A DNA stretch of 64,000 bases from contig OZ024743.1 of NCBI GenBank assembly GCA_964016885.1, forward strand, positions 75,206,001 to 75,270,000, written 5' to 3'. This stretch comes from Eledone cirrhosa (taxonomy: Eukaryota). Of the stretch, positions 53,177 through 64,000 are shown piece after piece; position 1 is the stretch's first letter; each line of letters starts with the position of its first letter. The notes under the pieces were generated by a model, which saw only the letters and a list, made by a program, of their open reading frames with translations, was not told the origin of the DNA and did no database searches. A program made the translations under genes and the position numbers.

Positions 53177-53897
53177 GTGTCGGTAGAGGGTTGGACGCCA
53201 TGCTTTGACACATAGAGTTACAACCCTTGCCATTCTGAGTTCAAATCCCGCCGAGGTTAACTTTGCCTTTCATCCTCACGGGGTCGATAAAATAAAGTAC
53301 CAGTAATGTACTGAGTAATTGCTGGCCTTGTGCCAATAGTAGAAACAATTATTATCAGAAAGCCCCCCCCCCCCCCCCCCCCCCCCCCCAGATTAACTTT
53401 GCCTTTCATCCTTACGGGGGTCGATAAAATAAAGTACCAGTTACGCACTGGGGTCGATTTAATCGACTTTCCCCTCCCCCGAAATTGCTCGCCTTGTGCC
53501 TATATAAGAAACCATTATTATCAGAAAGGCGGTGGATTGGCAGTATCGGTAGAGGGTCGGACGTCATGCTTTGACGCATAGAATTACGGCCCTTTCCATT
53601 CTGAGTTCAAATCCCGCCGAGGTCAACTAAAGTACCAGTAATGTACTGGGTAATTGCTGGCCTTGTGCCAAAAGTAGAAACAATTATTATCAGAAAGGCG
53701 GTGGATTGGCAGTATCGGTAGAGGGTCTGACGCCATGTTTTCCAGCATAGAGTTACGTCCCTTTACGATCTGAGTTCAAATCTCGCCGAGGTTAACTTTG
53801 CCTTTCCTCCTTACGGGGTCGATAAAATAAAGTACCAGTAATACACTGGAGTAATAGCTGGCCTTGTGCCAAAAGTAGAAACAATAATTATCAGAAA
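53177..53897 (+). mobile_element. Head-to-tail tetramer of the short-form tRNA-derived SINE
   Basis: Four units ending ATTATCAGAAA. B-box GAGTTCAAATC is present in three units. A poly-C tract lies at ~53363-53389. Confidence 0.88.
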
Positions 53898-54040
53898 TCC
53901 TCCAGTCATACGAAACCCATAGCCTCCAAGTACCAGATCCACCGAAACTCAGCTACCTCAGGTAGGGCTAAATTCGATATCTAGATAGCAGATCTGGTAA
54001 AGGTGATCAGAAATGTGTCCTGGGTGTGCGATCTCACAGA

Positions 54041-54075
54041 GTTAAAGAGACACATACTGTATGTGTCTCTTTAAC
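54041..54075. repeat. Perfect 17-bp palindrome bounded by TTAA (Kolobok-like collapsed ends)
   Basis: GTTAAAGAGACACATAC-T-GTATGTGTCTCTTTAAC. Confidence 0.7.
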
Positions 54076-54372
54076 CAAACCACATCTTGGGCATTTCTTT
54101 TCACTTCGAAATCATTCTTGAGTTAACTCCCTTTTTCTTCTCTTTATAAAGAGTTAACTCCCTTCTTAGATGAATTTTAAAATATTTTAATAGACTTGCA
54201 AATTATTTTACTTACACAGTTATTTACTTTACAGAAAAAGAAAGCTATATTGGAAAGAACTATAAATGCCATAAATGAGAGGAAAAGCAGGGAAAGAGCA
54301 AGGATTACTGGACAAAGGAAGAAAGAAAGGGGGAAGAGAATATGTTCTTTATTTCTATTTAATAAAGAATAC

Positions 54373-54870
54373 GTTCTTTATCTTCACTTCGATTCTATTT
54401 TCAAGTTTCCTTTCTCCTTTTATGAAACGTCTTCTTTCTTTTTTATAAACTTCTGTTATCTCCATTTTATAAACTATCCTTTCTTTAAATATTTTCTTCC
54501 CCCACTCCACTTTACTTTCCTGTCTCAAAAGAATTTGAACACAAGCAGTAAAAGGCCGTAACTACATGCCATAAACCATGTTATCCGACGCTCTACCGAT
54601 TTCTGCCAATCCGGCACCCTTACTCAGCTAATAATAAACTTATGTGAAAATCAACTAGCGATGAGAGTTGGGGTTGAAATTAAGGTTATGGTTAGTGTTG
54701 GGGTTAGTTTTTAGGGGCTCCAGTTTGTTCTTTATCTTCACTTCTTCAATTCTATTTTCACGTTTCTGTTCTCCTTTTATAAGACATCTTCTTTCCTTTT
54801 CATATACTTCTGTTATCTCCGTTTTATAAACTAGTTTCTTTTTTCCCCCCACTTTCCTGCCTCAAAGAAG
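54373..54870. repeat. Diverged ~150-bp direct duplication (54373-54530 and 54727-54870) with a minus-strand SINE head fragment between
   Basis: GTTCTTTATCTTCACTTC...ACTTCTGTTATCTCC..TTTTATAAACTA...ACTTTCCTG occurs twice. Confidence 0.75.
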
Positions 54871-55064
54871 CAAAATATTAGTCTAGGGCCAGGAATGAAC
54901 CAGCGACCAAGGCCTCAAACATTATATATATACAGACCAGCAACACAGTGAAAATGAATGTATATGAATATTTCTTTATTTCACACAAAGATGTTGATGT
55001 TATTTACTTTTATCCACAGGTCAGAACTGGGCAATGAAAGCAATTCATGTTTGGAAGATAATAA

Positions 55065-55200
55065 AACGTTCAAGACCCCAAGCAAGGTGGTGGGGTAACA
55101 TCCATAAGCTTGACTGGTATCGGTTGGTGATCCAGCTGACAGGACTCACTGGAAGGAGTGTTTGAGGACTCTGCCACCACGACCCTCTCAAGAATAAGTT
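55065..55200 (+). mobile_element. RTE-like LINE C-terminal fragment
   Basis: Translates as RPQARWWGNIHK..ADRTHWKECLRTLPPRPSQE. Homologous to 63433-63630. Confidence 0.55.
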
Positions 55201-55567
55201 GGCAAAGAGGGAGGAAGAGGAGGAGAAGATATAATGTAGCTTCCCAAGTTGTGTCGAGGAGGAGGATAACCACAGTTAAAAAAGGGTACTCAATACATGG
55301 GTAGAGTATAGGCTTCTTTATTATATATAGAAATGAATTCTACAGAACTAGAGCTGTTTCAATCATATGTTTAATAATGGATACATGTGGAAAAACACAT
55401 ACATGGCTTATTCCAAGACAAATTATTACATTGTCTCTTAAGATGTGAAGTGAAATATATCCTTAAATCTAGGTTTGGTACTATTCTAGGTAGTTAACTT
55501 CTCTCTCTGAGAATTGGAACTGGTGGAAATGTCAGACAAATGATCTAAACAGTGAATTCTTTGTTAA

Positions 55568-55927
55568 CCCTTTCATGACCTCATTTCTAATGAAACACTC
55601 TATTTTAATTAATTAGTGAAGAATTTTGAGGGATTTACTAAAATTATTAATTATTTTATTGCCATGATAGTAACTTAATGTAAGCTTCTTATGTAAAATT
55701 ATTTTGGAAAATTTTAATTTAAATTGGAAACCTTTAAAATGGGTGAGTTTATTTCATAGAAGCTGAGCTGGTTTTGGCCAGGTTGGTAACTAAAGGGTTA
55801 ATGTAATCTCCCAATGTATGACAAGGCTGGCCCTTTGAATCACAGATACAACTAATTTCTTTTCCAGCTAAGTGAACTGGGGCAGCATGAACCAGAGCCT
55901 GCTTTGGTCAGATTGGTAACTAAAGGG
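55568..55927. mobile_element. piggyBac-like MITE with duplicated right end
   Basis: TTAA|CCCTTT at 55564. TTGGTAACTAAAGGG|TTAA ends at both 55797 and 55927. Confidence 0.6.
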
Positions 55928-56069
55928 TTAAAGTGTTGTGGTAATCTTGGATTAGAAGAATGTATAAAACTGAAATAGGAAAGAATGCAAGAAATAAAAA
56001 AGAAAACTTTGACACAATAACATAACCCTAATAAATTCTTTATGTACAGGAGCCTGTTACTTTGGCAAA

Positions 56070-56283
56070 CCAGTTAAGCCTGATATGTATACATGGTCCC
56101 ATAACTCCTGAAGGAGTTGTAGGAGCGCTGTATCAACATGTTTCTAGGGTATTTTTTAAACCTGGCAGAGCCCATTTCCTCTCCAGTTCTGAATATAGCA
56201 GATTTCTTCCGGAGAAGGATAGAAAGAGTGTGAGAAAGAGATATAGAGGAAAAATCGTCCCCACTACTAGACTGGTACTTTTT
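56070..56283 (-). mobile_element. Long-form SINE, 5' part lost at a CR1 junction
   Basis: Reverse complement AAAGTACCAGTCTAGTAGTGGGGACGAT..CCGGAAGAAATCTGCT.. matches 39046-39270. Confidence 0.8.
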
Positions 56284-56645
56284 TCATGCTCAGAGTTACT
56301 GAAGCATGGAACAAACTACCTGCATCAGCTGTTAGCTGTCGGGACACTGGATCCTTCAAAACCTCCATGCTTCCCAACACTACACCAGATATTCCCCCTC
56401 CATACGCATGCACGCATGTATCTGTGTGTATATCATGACTCATACACTGTTCACTTTCCTGACATTTGTACATTGTTCTACGTATTTTACATGCATTTGT
56501 ACATTATTCTACATACATATCATGACTCATACACAGTTCTCTTTCCTGACATTTGTACATTATTCTATATACTATACATGCACCTTTGATGAGTTGTAGT
56601 GCACCTGAGCACTGTACACAATAATTTTCATTATTCATTATTATT
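56279..56645 (+). mobile_element. CR1-like LINE 3' end
   Basis: TTCATGCTCAGAGTTACTGAAGCATGGAACAAACTACC...GTAGTGCACCTGAGCACTG...(ATT)n, with an internal ~85-bp duplication. Confidence 0.85.
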
Positions 56646-56911
56646 CATTTACCGACCTCAAATGGATGAAAGGCAAAGTTGATGGAGAAATGGGGTATCA
56701 AGTGAAACATCAGCGACAGCGTGTGACTGAATGTATGTCATCTCTCACTTAATTTATTCTTTATAAGAAATTGAGAGATTCAAATAACAATATATAATAT
56801 GGAGGTGGTGAGGAGTGGTTGGGGCAGGGATTGAAACAGATGTGAAGGAGGTTTGTGGAGATGGTGGTGGAGATGTCAGAGGTGGTGGTGGAGGAGTCAT
56901 AAATGATGGAG

Positions 56912-56995
56912 GTGTGGTGTTTGCTTTGCAACCATGTGGTGTCAGTCCCATTGTACGACAACTTAGGTAAGTATCTTCTACTATAGCCACAGGTT
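56912..56995 (+). mobile_element. Fragment of a second tRNA-derived SINE family
   Basis: TTTGCTTTGCAACCATGTGG..CAGTCCCA..AAGTATCTTCTACTATAGCC resembles a common octopus SINE (recalled, not searched). Confidence 0.45.
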
Positions 56996-57000
56996 TACTA

Positions 57001-57190
57001 ATAATAATGAAAATTATCGTATAGTGCTCAGGTGCACTATAACTCATCAAAGATACATGTATAGTACATAGAATAATGTACAAATGTCAGGAAAGAGAAC
57101 TGTGTATGAGTCATGATATGCACTCACACACATGCATACGTGTATATGGAGGAGGAATATCAGGTGTAGTGTTGGTGAATTTCAGGAAGA
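57001..57190 (-). mobile_element. CR1-like 3' UTR fragment
   Basis: Reverse complement of the tail seen at 56380-56645. Confidence 0.85.
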
Positions 57191-57265
57191 ACGGAAATTT
57201 GATGAGTTGTAGTGCACCTGAGCACTACAACTCATCAAGTACTGTCTAGTACTGGATCGATTCTT

Positions 57266-58055
57266 ATAATAATAATAATGAAATTATTGTGTACAGTGCT
57301 CAGGTGCACTAAAACTCATCAAAGGTACATGTATAGTACATAGAATAATGTACAAATGTCAGGAAAGTGAACCGTGTATGAGTCATGATATACACACAGA
57401 CACACACACATGCATGTGTGTGTATGGAGGGGGAATATCAGGTGTAGTGTTGGTGAATTTCAGGAATTTTGGAGGTTTTAAAGGATGCAATGTCTTGGCA
57501 GCTAACAACTGATGCAGATAGTTTGTTCCATGCTTCAGCAACTCTGAGTGTGAAAAAATGTTTCTGAAAGTTATGGGAGCTATGCTGTTTTCTGACTTTG
57601 TGGGCATGCCCACGTGTGTTAGACACATGGAAATCAAAAAGGTGCTCAGGGTTGTTGTTGGCAAGATGGTTAATAATTTTGTGGGTGTTTACCAAGTCAA
57701 TTGCCAGACGTCGGAACTTCAATGTATCCATGCCCAGGGAAGCAAAGCGTTCAGAGTGTGGTAGATGCCTGATGGAGGGTATTCGTTTGGTTGAACGTCT
57801 CTCAACAGTTTCCAGGAGATCAATGTTCTGAGAAAGATAGGGTTCCAGACTGGTGATGCAAATTCTAAGTGTGGCCGCACGATAGCTATATACAGCTTTA
57901 AATAGATAGCTGGAGAGCAGCTGACAAAGGTCTTGCTGAGTGATGCTAAAACATCCTCGGCCTTCTTGACAATTTTAGAGACATGCTTTGTCCAACATAA
58001 ATCGCTGCTGACACTAATGCCCAGGTCACGTTCACAAGAAGACTTCTCAAGGTGA
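57266..58055 (-). mobile_element. 5'-truncated CR1/L2-group LINE: C-terminus of the RT ORF with a frameshift, plus 3' UTR
   Basis: Translates as ERDLGISVSSDLCWTKHV..LYIAIVRPHLEFASPVWNP, then a frameshift near 57840, then IDLLETVERRSTK..RVAEAWNKL. Confidence 0.92.
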
Positions 58056-58541
58056 ATGAAGTCACCTGCAATAAAAACATAAGTGGCTGTTTTCCTGGCG
58101 GCAGCTCTGAGGATATCTCAAAGCTGTGTGTCCTGATGGTAATTTGAAGGGGTCAGTAAACAACTCCAAGTAGAAGTGTTGAGGTTCCTAGCAATAGTTG
58201 ATTCTATTTATTATGTGTCTATATTTTGATTCTGTGAGAAGTATTCATTAAGTATTTTATATATTATGTCTATATTTTCATTCTGTAAGTATTAAGTATT
58301 ATATATATTATATATGTTTATATTTTCATTCTATAAGTATTCATTAAGTATTATATATATATTATATATATATATATATAATTGCTGGCCTTGTGCCTAA
58401 AGTAGAAACAATTATATATATATTCATTTTGTAAACATATTATTATATTCATACAAAAGTAATAATGTTGATATTTTTTTTATATAAAATAAAAATTATA
58501 TTACGCTTTATTTCGTTTGTAAAACAATAGGTAGTGTACTA

Positions 58542-58542
<1 letters not shown>

Positions 58543-58631
<89 letters not shown>

Positions 58632-58635
58632 GTGT
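58543..58635. repeat. (TA)n(TG)n microsatellite
   Basis: Read directly. Confidence 0.95.
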
Positions 58636-58918
58636 CTAATTGTATTTAGTGTCAGGAATATATTCGCAAATACAGCGACATCAAATGCAATTTGAAATGT
58701 GCTGATTGCATCCAAATAATTGACGTTCTTTGATTATCTCCCTTTATCTCCCTTCCTATACCAGGACACTTAATATTTTTGTTAGTTGCTTATCTCTATT
58801 CTATTTATTTAAAAAAGAGGGGGAGGAGGAGGAGAAGGAAGGGGAAGGAGGAGTTAAAATATCATTTTCTATAGAAACAAAAAATATTCATAGTTTATCA
58901 TATATATATACAATATAT

Positions 58919-59042
58919 ATAGGAAAAGTTTCAGGACACCGACGGCAGAGCTCAAGCCGTTTCGATGGCTATTTCTGGACGTCCAGATATAGCCGTCAAA
59001 ACGGCTTGAGCACTGCCGTCGGAGTCCTGAACCTTTTCCTAT
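58919..59042. repeat. Spacerless ~62-bp-arm palindrome
   Basis: Centre CTGGAC|GTCCAG at 58980/58981. About 6 mismatches between the arms. Confidence 0.92.
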
Positions 59043-59082
59043 TACCCATAACACCTGATTCTTTACCACACTTCCTTCGTAT

Positions 59083-59119
<37 letters not shown>

Positions 59120-59325
59120 GTATATATTGTATGTATGTTGTTGATTTTACTGTGAGGGAAGATGAGTTTTAACACTTCTCTCTCTCATTTGTGATCTTTA
59201 GGAACATTTTCTGGCACAGACCTTTAAGGAAATCCTAGGGCTCTGTTTTTTTTCTAATTATTTAATTCAGTTTTCAGTAATTATTTTATTTAATATTTTT
59301 ATATATCATCATCATCACCGTTTTA

Positions 59326-59869
59326 CGTCCGTTCTTCCACGCTAGCATGGGTTAGACGGGTTGTCCTGTTGTGGGCAGTGTCCAGTTGGCTGACCATGTC
59401 TTGCTCATACAGGAACTGATTCTGGCTTGATTTCTACAGCTGGATGCCCTTCCTAACACCAACCTCGTTTACAGTGAGTGTTAGGTGCTTTTTTTCCCGC
59501 GTGGCGCCTACACGTTCACTTTACAGTGTGGGCTGGGTGCTTTTTTGCCGTGGCACCTACACGACCTCATTTATTTAGGTTGGATATTGTGGTACCAACA
59601 TAACTTTACAGAGAAAGGGGTGGTGTTGGTTGGGGTGGGGAGTTGGGGATAGGGGGAGGGAGGTGTATATTGATTAAGAGGTGCCTACTGACTGTAGGTT
59701 TCTGTATTACTGCGTAGCGCCAAAGATCTCGGTCCAGTGACATTTTTTTAGAGAGGTGTAAGTGTGTAAGGTCGGAATTTATCAAATCGTCCCAGGTTTT
59801 TCTGGGTCTGCCTAATCCGTAATTTCCGTTAATTTTTATCGCCCTGCACATTTTTATACAGCTGTCGTC

Positions 59870-59872
<3 letters not shown>
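59326..59872 (-). mobile_element. RTE LINE 3' end (ORF C-terminus, 3' UTR, (GAT)n tail)
   Basis: Translates as DDSCIKMC..GRPRKTWDDLINSDL..MSLDRDLWR, followed by GGTTGGTGTTAGGAAGGGCATCCAGCTGTAGAAA and the tail. Confidence 0.85.
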
Positions 59873-59900
<28 letters not shown>

Positions 59901-59970
59901 ATCCTTATCAAGCCCTCTTCGGATTTTAGTCTTCACATTTATTATTACTATATATTTATATATATATATA

Positions 59971-60527
<557 letters not shown>

Positions 60528-60629
60528 ATGTATATATGTGTGTGTTTGTATAAACTTTTCCTCCCCAAGAAATCTACCTTTTCTTCAGACTAATAATATA
60601 TAGACACATTGAGCTAATTCTAAAACTAC

Positions 60630-61118
60630 TTGGCAATTATATACTACCATACTCTGAACAACTTGCTTCCCTTGGCATGGATACATTGAAGCTCCAACGT
60701 CTGGCAACTGACCCACAAAATTATTAACCATCTTGCCAACAACAACCCTGAGTACCTTTTTGATTTCCATGTGTCTAACACACGTGAGCATGCCCACAAA
60801 GTCAGAAAACAGCACAGCCATGACTTTCGGAAACATTTTTTCATGCTCAGAGTTGCTGAAGCATGGAACAAACTACCTGCATCAGTTGTTAGCTATCGAG
60901 ACATTGCATCCTTTAAAACCGCCATGCTTCCTGAGATTCACCAACACTACACCTAATATTCGCCCTCCATACACACACACACACATGTATATCATGACTC
61001 ATACACTGTTTATTTTCCTGACATTTGTACACTATTCTATGTACTATACATGCACCTTTGATGAGTTGTAGTGCACCTGAACACTGTACACAATAATTTC
61101 ATTATTATTATTATTATA
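60630..61118 (+). mobile_element. CR1-like LINE 3' end
   Basis: Translates as SNTREHAHKVRKQH..HDFRKHFFMLRVAEAWNKLP, with an (ATT)n tail. Confidence 0.88.
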
Positions 61119-61129
61119 ATTCTTTACAT

Positions 61130-61570
61130 TCATTCGAGCTTTGTATATATATTTTTACCTTTGATATATATATTTGTGTGTATAAATTGTATATATTTGC
61201 ATGCAATCTTCCCTTCTATCATGGTCCATCCCTCATTGCCATGGTGCTGCCTAGGAGCCCCAATTATTGACCAAGCATTCAAGCCTATCTTTCTATCCAA
61301 AATGGCTAACCTCTTGCAAAGACATTGAAGCAATTGAACCCCATCAGTTTTCTATACTAAGGAATAACCTATCGCTTCCTATGTTACTGTATAATGCTCT
61401 GGTAGATTCTTGTCATCTCTCCAACACCTTGACTCAATCTTAGGTAACTGTATTTGTCTCTCATCAAACATTATCAATTTTTCATAGTTGTAGTTCAGCA
61501 AGTCTGTATCAAAAGGGTTAAAGTTGTCTATACTAAACAACAGCAGTCTGTACAAAAGATGCTTTGCCAT
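61130..61570 (-). pseudogene. Possible coding remnant, one frame broken by two TAG codons
   Basis: ORFs 61379-61570 and 61130-61333 are in the same frame. The sequence is complex but the family is not recognised. Confidence 0.25.
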
Positions 61571-61611
61571 ATTTATATTGAGTCATAAGTAATTACTTTT
61601 TCTTTCTACAG

Positions 61612-61770
61612 ATGAAGTACTGTCTCTTTGTCGTTACAGTGGAGTCTGTGCTGCTGTACGGGTCTGAGACTTGGACACTGACCAAGAGACTCACTCCGAT
61701 GGTGGATGGGTGCCACACGAGGATGCTGAGGATGGTTCTGGACATTAATCAGTATGCACTGAGGATGAAG
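61612..61770 (+). mobile_element. RTE-like RT ORF fragment
   Basis: VESVLLYGSETWTLTK..DGCHTRMLRMVL motif. Confidence 0.8.
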
Positions 61771-62089
61771 AACTCAGGGCAGTATGGGCGCCCCCAAAGG
61801 TCAACTCAAAAGTGACCGCTGGAGAGAACTCGTCCATGAATCTCGGGAATTTAACCCGCCCTAGATAGATAGATAAATGAAGTTCAACAAGTTTGCGGAA
61901 ATAATTGAATGAAGAACTGAATAATATTCCTAGGAGTATTTAACTCTTAACATTCTATATCACACAAAACCTCACTAGCAACACATTCCTGAAAAGTATA
62001 AAACAACACTATGGTCGCATCACATTAAAATCAAAGACCTTACTCTTATATTGTACCTTCTTTCGTTGGATGTGCAATGTAAATGTAAG

Positions 62090-62520
62090 AGAAAAGAAGA
62101 GCTGAGATGAACTGAGAGAGAAGCTGTGTTTAAGATGAATCCGAGGTGGTGCCGTGCAGGAGAGAAGACTGCATTAGTATGAACATGTGAAGTGCATGGA
62201 TGATGACAGCTGGGTAAAGAAGTGCGAGGAAATGCTTGTGGAAAGAAATTGTAGAAGAGGTAGACTGAGAAATACCTGGGCAGAGGTAGTGTGCAGGAGA
62301 GAAGACTAAATTGGTATGGACATGTGATGCACAATGACCACTAGGTGAAGAAATGCCAGGAAATCCCAGTGGGGGGAAGCCGCAACAGAGGTAGACCAAG
62401 AAAGACCTGGGCAGAGTTTGTGACTCACAGAGGAGATGACAAAGAAATGCAGTGGAGAGAAGGATCCATCCAACCCAGGCAATATGGAAAAGTGAACGTG
62501 GAAATGATGATGATGCTGAT
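62090..62520 (+). mobile_element. Degenerate, partly duplicated RTE 3' fragments
   Basis: Translates as VQERRL.WYGHV, DDDSWVKKC and RGRPRKTW, ending in a (GAT)n tail. Confidence 0.75.
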
Positions 62521-62606
62521 GAATGTAAACATTTATAAACAAAGATATTATAAACCACGTGATTGCAAAACAAACTTTTTAACCATGTCTCAAACATAAG
62601 TTTTAA

Positions 62607-63046
62607 CCCCTTAGCATTTAAACTGACCGTATCTGGCCAGAATTCTATTACCTCTTTCTGTTCAAACCAGCCATAACTGGCTGCTCTTAATTATGTTAAG
62701 GTATTGTTCTCAAAATAAATAATATCAAAATCTCATAGATTCGATTTATGTGAGATAATTATGTAAAATAAAGTGTTTACCGTGAAAATACAATAGTAAA
62801 CACACAGTCCATGCTGTAATGTGGCTGTGTAGGTAACACGGTTAAAACCTCCCAGTTCACACTGTAAACGTGGTTGGTGTTAGGAAGGGCATCCAGCTGT
62901 AGAAAACCTACCAGACAGTCCTATACGAGCGAGACGACCAATCTTGCCTCAAGTGGGACAATTCCCATCTAAACCCATGCTAGCGTGGAAGATAGACGTT
63001 AAACGATGATGATGATGAAATATAGAGTAATGTAAATACTAAAGGG
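62607..63046. mobile_element. piggyBac-like MITE with a nested RTE 3'-UTR insertion (~62800-63017, +)
   Basis: TTAA|CCCCTTAGCATTTA ... TAAATACTAAAGGG|TTAA (12/14 TIR match). The insert is highly similar to 60192-60410. Confidence 0.7.
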
Positions 63047-63218
63047 TTAAAATTTCAATTACTTTCCATTTTTACTTCTAAAAAATAACAAAGAAATATC
63101 TGTTTTCTAAAATTGTAGTTTTAATCCAATCAAGTTTTCTTTCTCTGAGCACAGATGATTTCACGGGAGAGTCCTGAAAAACACAGAATTAATTTTTAAT
63201 ACAATAAAACACTTCAAA

Positions 63219-63362
63219 TGTGAGGGGGGGGGGGGTAATTTCCTCCACCCTGATGTGAGGAGGGTGGAGGGGGAAACTTCCCCACCCTGGTGTGAGGAGG
63301 GTGGGGCAAGCAACTTCCCCACCCTTGTGCAAGGAGGGTGGAGGAGGCAACTTCCCCGCCAG
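63219..63362. repeat. GC-rich ~36-bp tandem repeat of hairpins, ~4 copies
   Basis: Repeated CCACCCT-N9-AGGGTGG with AACTTCC linkers. Confidence 0.7.
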
Positions 63363-63432
63363 TGTTTATAGTATCTTTACCAGTGGATAAATTGTTGTGA
63401 AAATTTACTATATTTGCATTAATAAAAACTTC

Positions 63433-63630
63433 TCCCTGTGAGGGTTTTGGGGACAGAGTCCTCAAAAACTCCTTCCAGCTGGTCCTGTCAGAAGCAACTG
63501 TCTCCAACTGATCTGGCAGGATGCCCAAGTGAGACCAGCCAGGCTCATGGATGCTATCCAACCATCTTGCTCAGGATCTACCCTTGGGTCACCTGCCGGT
63601 TGGTTTTACCCATAAAATCTGTCCAGTGAT
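63433..63630 (-). mobile_element. RTE-like LINE C-terminal fragment
   Basis: Translates as ARWLDSIHE..LGI..VASDRTSWKEFLRTL. Confidence 0.6.
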
Positions 63631-63844
63631 ATCCATCTCACAAGATTGTGATCTTAAATCAACTCTGTTTGAGAAAATCTACATGGTTTAAGAGGTGAAT
63701 ATTAAAACAGTATTTCACACAAAACTGAAATAGTTATACCCAGGATACCAACCAAACAATGAGGCTTGATTTGAATGAGAATTTTTAATGAAATTACATA
63801 ATGAATCTAAAGTCTCTAATATCTGTCTCAAGCCAGGAGGTTCA

Positions 63845-63997
63845 CCAGGCCAGTGCTTATCCCGGTTTCATAGCGTGAAGCAACTGAGAGTACAAGACTC
63901 TACCCTGGAGAGGACGTCAATCCATCGCAGGTTAAACCCCCAGCTATTGCTGGTACTCATTTTCAGCTGAGTATACTGTAGCAACGTGAAATGAAGT
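63845..63997 (-). mobile_element. SINE fragment of a third family (also ~55815-55890)
   Basis: GCTGGTACTCATTTTCAGCTGAGT..ACTG.AGCAACGTGAAATGAAGT, a typical reverse-strand SINE core. Confidence 0.55.
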
Positions 63998-64000
63998 TTT

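Noticed and set aside
53177-53897. tRNA genes suggested by A/B boxes
   Set aside because: No cloverleaf or acceptor stem, and the boxes continue into SINE core sequence.
54665-54720. Telomeric repeat remnant
   Set aside because: Only degenerate GGTTA(G) words, with no run of TTAGGG.
57266-58055. Active LINE reverse transcriptase gene
   Set aside because: 5'-truncated downstream of the catalytic core and frameshifted.

Overview
This is AT-rich, repeat-dense animal DNA. It is most likely cephalopod (octopus-like), inferred from the tRNA-derived SINE and the RTE/CR1 families present. I find no intact host gene, rRNA, tRNA or CRISPR array. Bases 1-38974 are a single 42-bp tandem array (~928 units, open at the left edge) with nested higher-order duplications and only four 1-bp phase shifts. 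Its last unit runs straight into the body of a tRNA-derived SINE, and an unexpanded copy of that SINE lies at ~50888. The array therefore looks like an amplified SINE Pol III A-box head. Bases 39-64 kb are a mosaic of 77-, 71- and 29-bp minisatellites, CR1/RTE/CRE retroelement fragments, SINE multimers, MITE-like elements, fold-back palindromes and microsatellites seeded from retroelement tails. Most long ORFs in the track are artefacts of repeat periodicity. Family names come from motif recall, not database searches, and many boundaries are approximate.
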